A stretch of DNA of 64,000 bases from positions 1,216,001 through 1,280,000 of the forward strand of contig CBDCTH010000012.1 in NCBI GenBank assembly GCA_965222155.1, given 5' to 3'. Of this stretch, positions 62,147-64,000 are shown piece by piece. Positions within the stretch are counted from its first letter, which is position 1, and every line of letters starts with the position of its first letter. The position numbers were made by a program, and so were the translations under genes. The notes below the pieces were generated by a model. It had not been told where the DNA came from and made no database searches. It saw nothing but the letters and a program-made list of their open reading frames with translations. This DNA comes from Gammaproteobacteria bacterium (GTDB taxonomy: Bacteria; Pseudomonadota; Gammaproteobacteria; Eutrophobiales; Eutrophobiaceae).

Positions 62147-63187
62147 ATGAAACTTGGCGTTGTTGTCGGCTACTCACAGAATGAAGTCAAACTGCCCATG
62201 GAGGAAATCCTGGAGGCGGAACGGCTCGGCTATGATTCCGTCTGGACGGCGGAGGCTTATGGTTCCGATGCGCTGACCCCGGCGGCCTGGATACTGGCAA
62301 AGACCACAAGGATTAAGGTGGGCACCGCCATCATGCAAATCCCCGCCCGTACCCCGACCTCTACCGCCATGAGCGCCATGACGCTGCAGAGCCTGTCCGG
62401 CGGGCGCTTCATACTAGGCCTGGGTCCTTCCGGTCCCCAGGTGGTGGAGGGCTGGTACGGGGCGACATACGCCAGACCCTTGACGAGGATGCGGGAATAC
62501 ATTGATATTATCCGGCAGGTAATTGCCCGGGAGGCGCCGGTACAGTACAGCGGTTATCATTACCGGTTGCCGTATCAGGGCAAGGACAGCACCGGCCTGG
62601 GTAAACCGTTGAAAAGCATCCTGCACGGCGACCCCGACATGAACATCTATACCGCCGCTATTACCGCCGGCGGCATCCGACTGGCCGCAGAAATGGCCGA
62701 CGGATTTTTCCCGTTATGGATGAACCCGGACAGGTACGATTTGTTTGCCTCCGCCATCGAAACCGGGCTGGCAGCAGCAGGCAGGGAAAAAAGCAAGGAG
62801 GAGTTTGACGTGGCCCCGTTTGTCCGCGTCTGCATGGGCTATGACCTGGAAAAATGCCGTAACGTGGCAAAACGGGAACTGGCCCTGTACATCGGCGGCA
62901 TGGGCGCCAGGGATAAAAACTTCTACAATAACTATGCCAGGCAGTTGGGGTATGAAGAAGCCGCCATAAAGATTCAGGACCTGTTCCTGACCGGGAAAAA
63001 ACCGGAGGCTGTTGCAGCAGTCCCCGATGAACTGGTGGACGACGTCGCCCTGGTCGGTCCGCCTGACCGTATCAGGCATAACCTTGAGCGCTGGAAAGAA
63101 GCCGGTAAAAAAGGACATGTCGGCACCTTTCTGGCATCCGGGGCATCGATACAGGCGTTACGCTTGCTGGCTGAAGAACTGCTATAA
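62147..63187 (+). CDS. LLM-class (luciferase-like) oxidoreductase, putatively F420-dependent
   Basis: SVWTAEAYGSDA, GRFILGLGPSGPQVVEGW, LYIGGMGARDKNFY. Confidence 0.88.
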   Translation: MKLGVVVGYSQNEVKLPMEEILEAERLGYDSVWTAEAYGSDALTPAAWILAKTTRIKVGTAIMQIPARTPTSTAMSAMTLQSLSGGRFILGLGPSGPQVVEGWYGATYARPLTRMREYIDIIRQVIAREAPVQYSGYHYRLPYQGKDSTGLGKPLKSILHGDPDMNIYTAAITAGGIRLAAEMADGFFPLWMNPDRYDLFASAIETGLAAAGREKSKEEFDVAPFVRVCMGYDLEKCRNVAKRELALYIGGMGARDKNFYNNYARQLGYEEAAIKIQDLFLTGKKPEAVAAVPDELVDDVALVGPPDRIRHNLERWKEAGKKGHVGTFLASGASIQALRLLAEELL

Positions 63188-63228
63188 ATAATTGTCGTTA
63201 TGGATGAAGGCACCGTATGCCAATCCGC

Positions 63229-63256
63229 TTGACAAGTATACATATATGTGTACTAT
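63229..63256 (+). promoter_or_regulatory. Sigma70 promoter with operator palindrome for hicAB
   Basis: TTGACA-16-TACTAT; AGTATACATATATGTGTACT near-perfect palindrome in the spacer. Confidence 0.7.
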
Positions 63257-63262
63257 GGCCAG

Positions 63263-63433
63263 GTGAAAAGGAGAGATTTGGAAAAGGCGCTCATCAACCT
63301 GGACTGGTACTTCCTGAGGCACGGAAATAAACACGATGTCTGGACGGATGGAGAACGGCAGGAAGCAATTCCGTGACACAAGGAAATTAATGAAATATTA
63401 GCCAAAGCTATCATACGAAGGGCAGAAAAATGA
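63263..63433 (+). pseudogene. hicA: HicA toxin with premature TGA (63374-63376)
   Basis: MKRRDLEKALINLDWYFLRHGNKHDVWTDGERQEAIP*HKEINEILAKAIIRRAEK*. Confidence 0.88.
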
Positions 63434-63849
63434 AATTACAAGGCAAGGCATTTAAAAATGGCAAGTTCTGGTTAGCGGATATCCCTTTCCTTGAGTTGAT
63501 GACTCAGGGCCGAACAAAAAAGGAATTACTCCTGATGGTAGAAGATCTAATTGTCACATTAGCTGATAAAAAAGAATTTGAGGTAAATGTCAAATGCACT
63601 AAAGACGGAATTCTCGAAATTGGTTCGAATGATAATAAGGTGATGATAGGCTTGCTGCTTAAACGCAAACGGCAATTAAACAACTTAACCATTAAACAAG
63701 TAGCTGAGCGCATGGGTTCAACATCCAAAAACGCTTACGCCCGTTATGAACAGGGCAAAACTCTGCCAAGCATTGATAAACTCCAGGATCTGTTAAATGC
63801 GACCGGCCCATTTTCCGACCTGGTGATCTCGCAAGCCCGGCTTGCATAG
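63430..63849 (+). CDS. hicB: HicB-family antitoxin with C-terminal XRE HTH
   Basis: WLADIPFLELMTQGRTKKE, TIKQVAERMGSTSKNAYARYEQG; ATGA overlap with hicA. Confidence 0.85.
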   Translation: MKLQGKAFKNGKFWLADIPFLELMTQGRTKKELLLMVEDLIVTLADKKEFEVNVKCTKDGILEIGSNDNKVMIGLLLKRKRQLNNLTIKQVAERMGSTSKNAYARYEQGKTLPSIDKLQDLLNATGPFSDLVISQARLA

Positions 63850-64000
63850 CGAAGTACTGGGTAAGAAGCTACTATCGACTTTCCCGATCTTTAACGATTA
63901 ACACAATCACCATGTCGTTAACAACTTCTTACGACATCACCATTACCTCCCGGCCGGAGGTTGGCAAGAATGAACTTCAGGTCTCACATCACAGTCAATG

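Noticed and set aside
63374-63376. Selenocysteine or readthrough of the TGA in hicA (and of the TAG in the IS1380 transposase)
   Set aside because: The hicA position corresponds to a conserved Arg (CGA to TGA) and no SECIS-like hairpin is evident; simple nonsense mutations are more likely in both genes.
63912-64000. Start of another CDS at the window end
   Set aside because: Too short to assign.

Overview
Chromosomal segment of a gammaproteobacterium, judged from gene content and order. Core and metabolic genes: yejABEF-like peptide ABC transporter, modABC, gor, ffh, dsbB, sdhCDAB with sdhE/ygfZ/DUF1674/ygfX, ubiG-gph, cspA, avtA, ftsK-lolA-rarA-serS and a split pntAA-pntAB-pntB. Accessory catabolic genes: TonB receptor-amidase-AraC, and a TRAP transporter next to an MsmAB-like Rieske oxygenase. 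The selfish or defence genes are mostly broken: IS1380 with an in-frame stop, a collapsed type III R-M system, a BsuBI/PstI-like R-M system with a frameshifted nuclease, and two hicA pseudogenes. Many intergenic gaps carry small palindromic elements from at least six families. The top candidate is a GxxExxY PD-(D/E)XK nuclease gene whose start and stop codons lie inside ~30-bp inverted arms built of GCAGAT micro-repeats. It has several internally deleted or empty copies elsewhere in the window, like an autonomous/non-autonomous mobile element pair. A modular MITE with 9-bp target duplications is also present. No tRNA, rRNA or CRISPR array was seen. All calls were made by eye and no searches were run.
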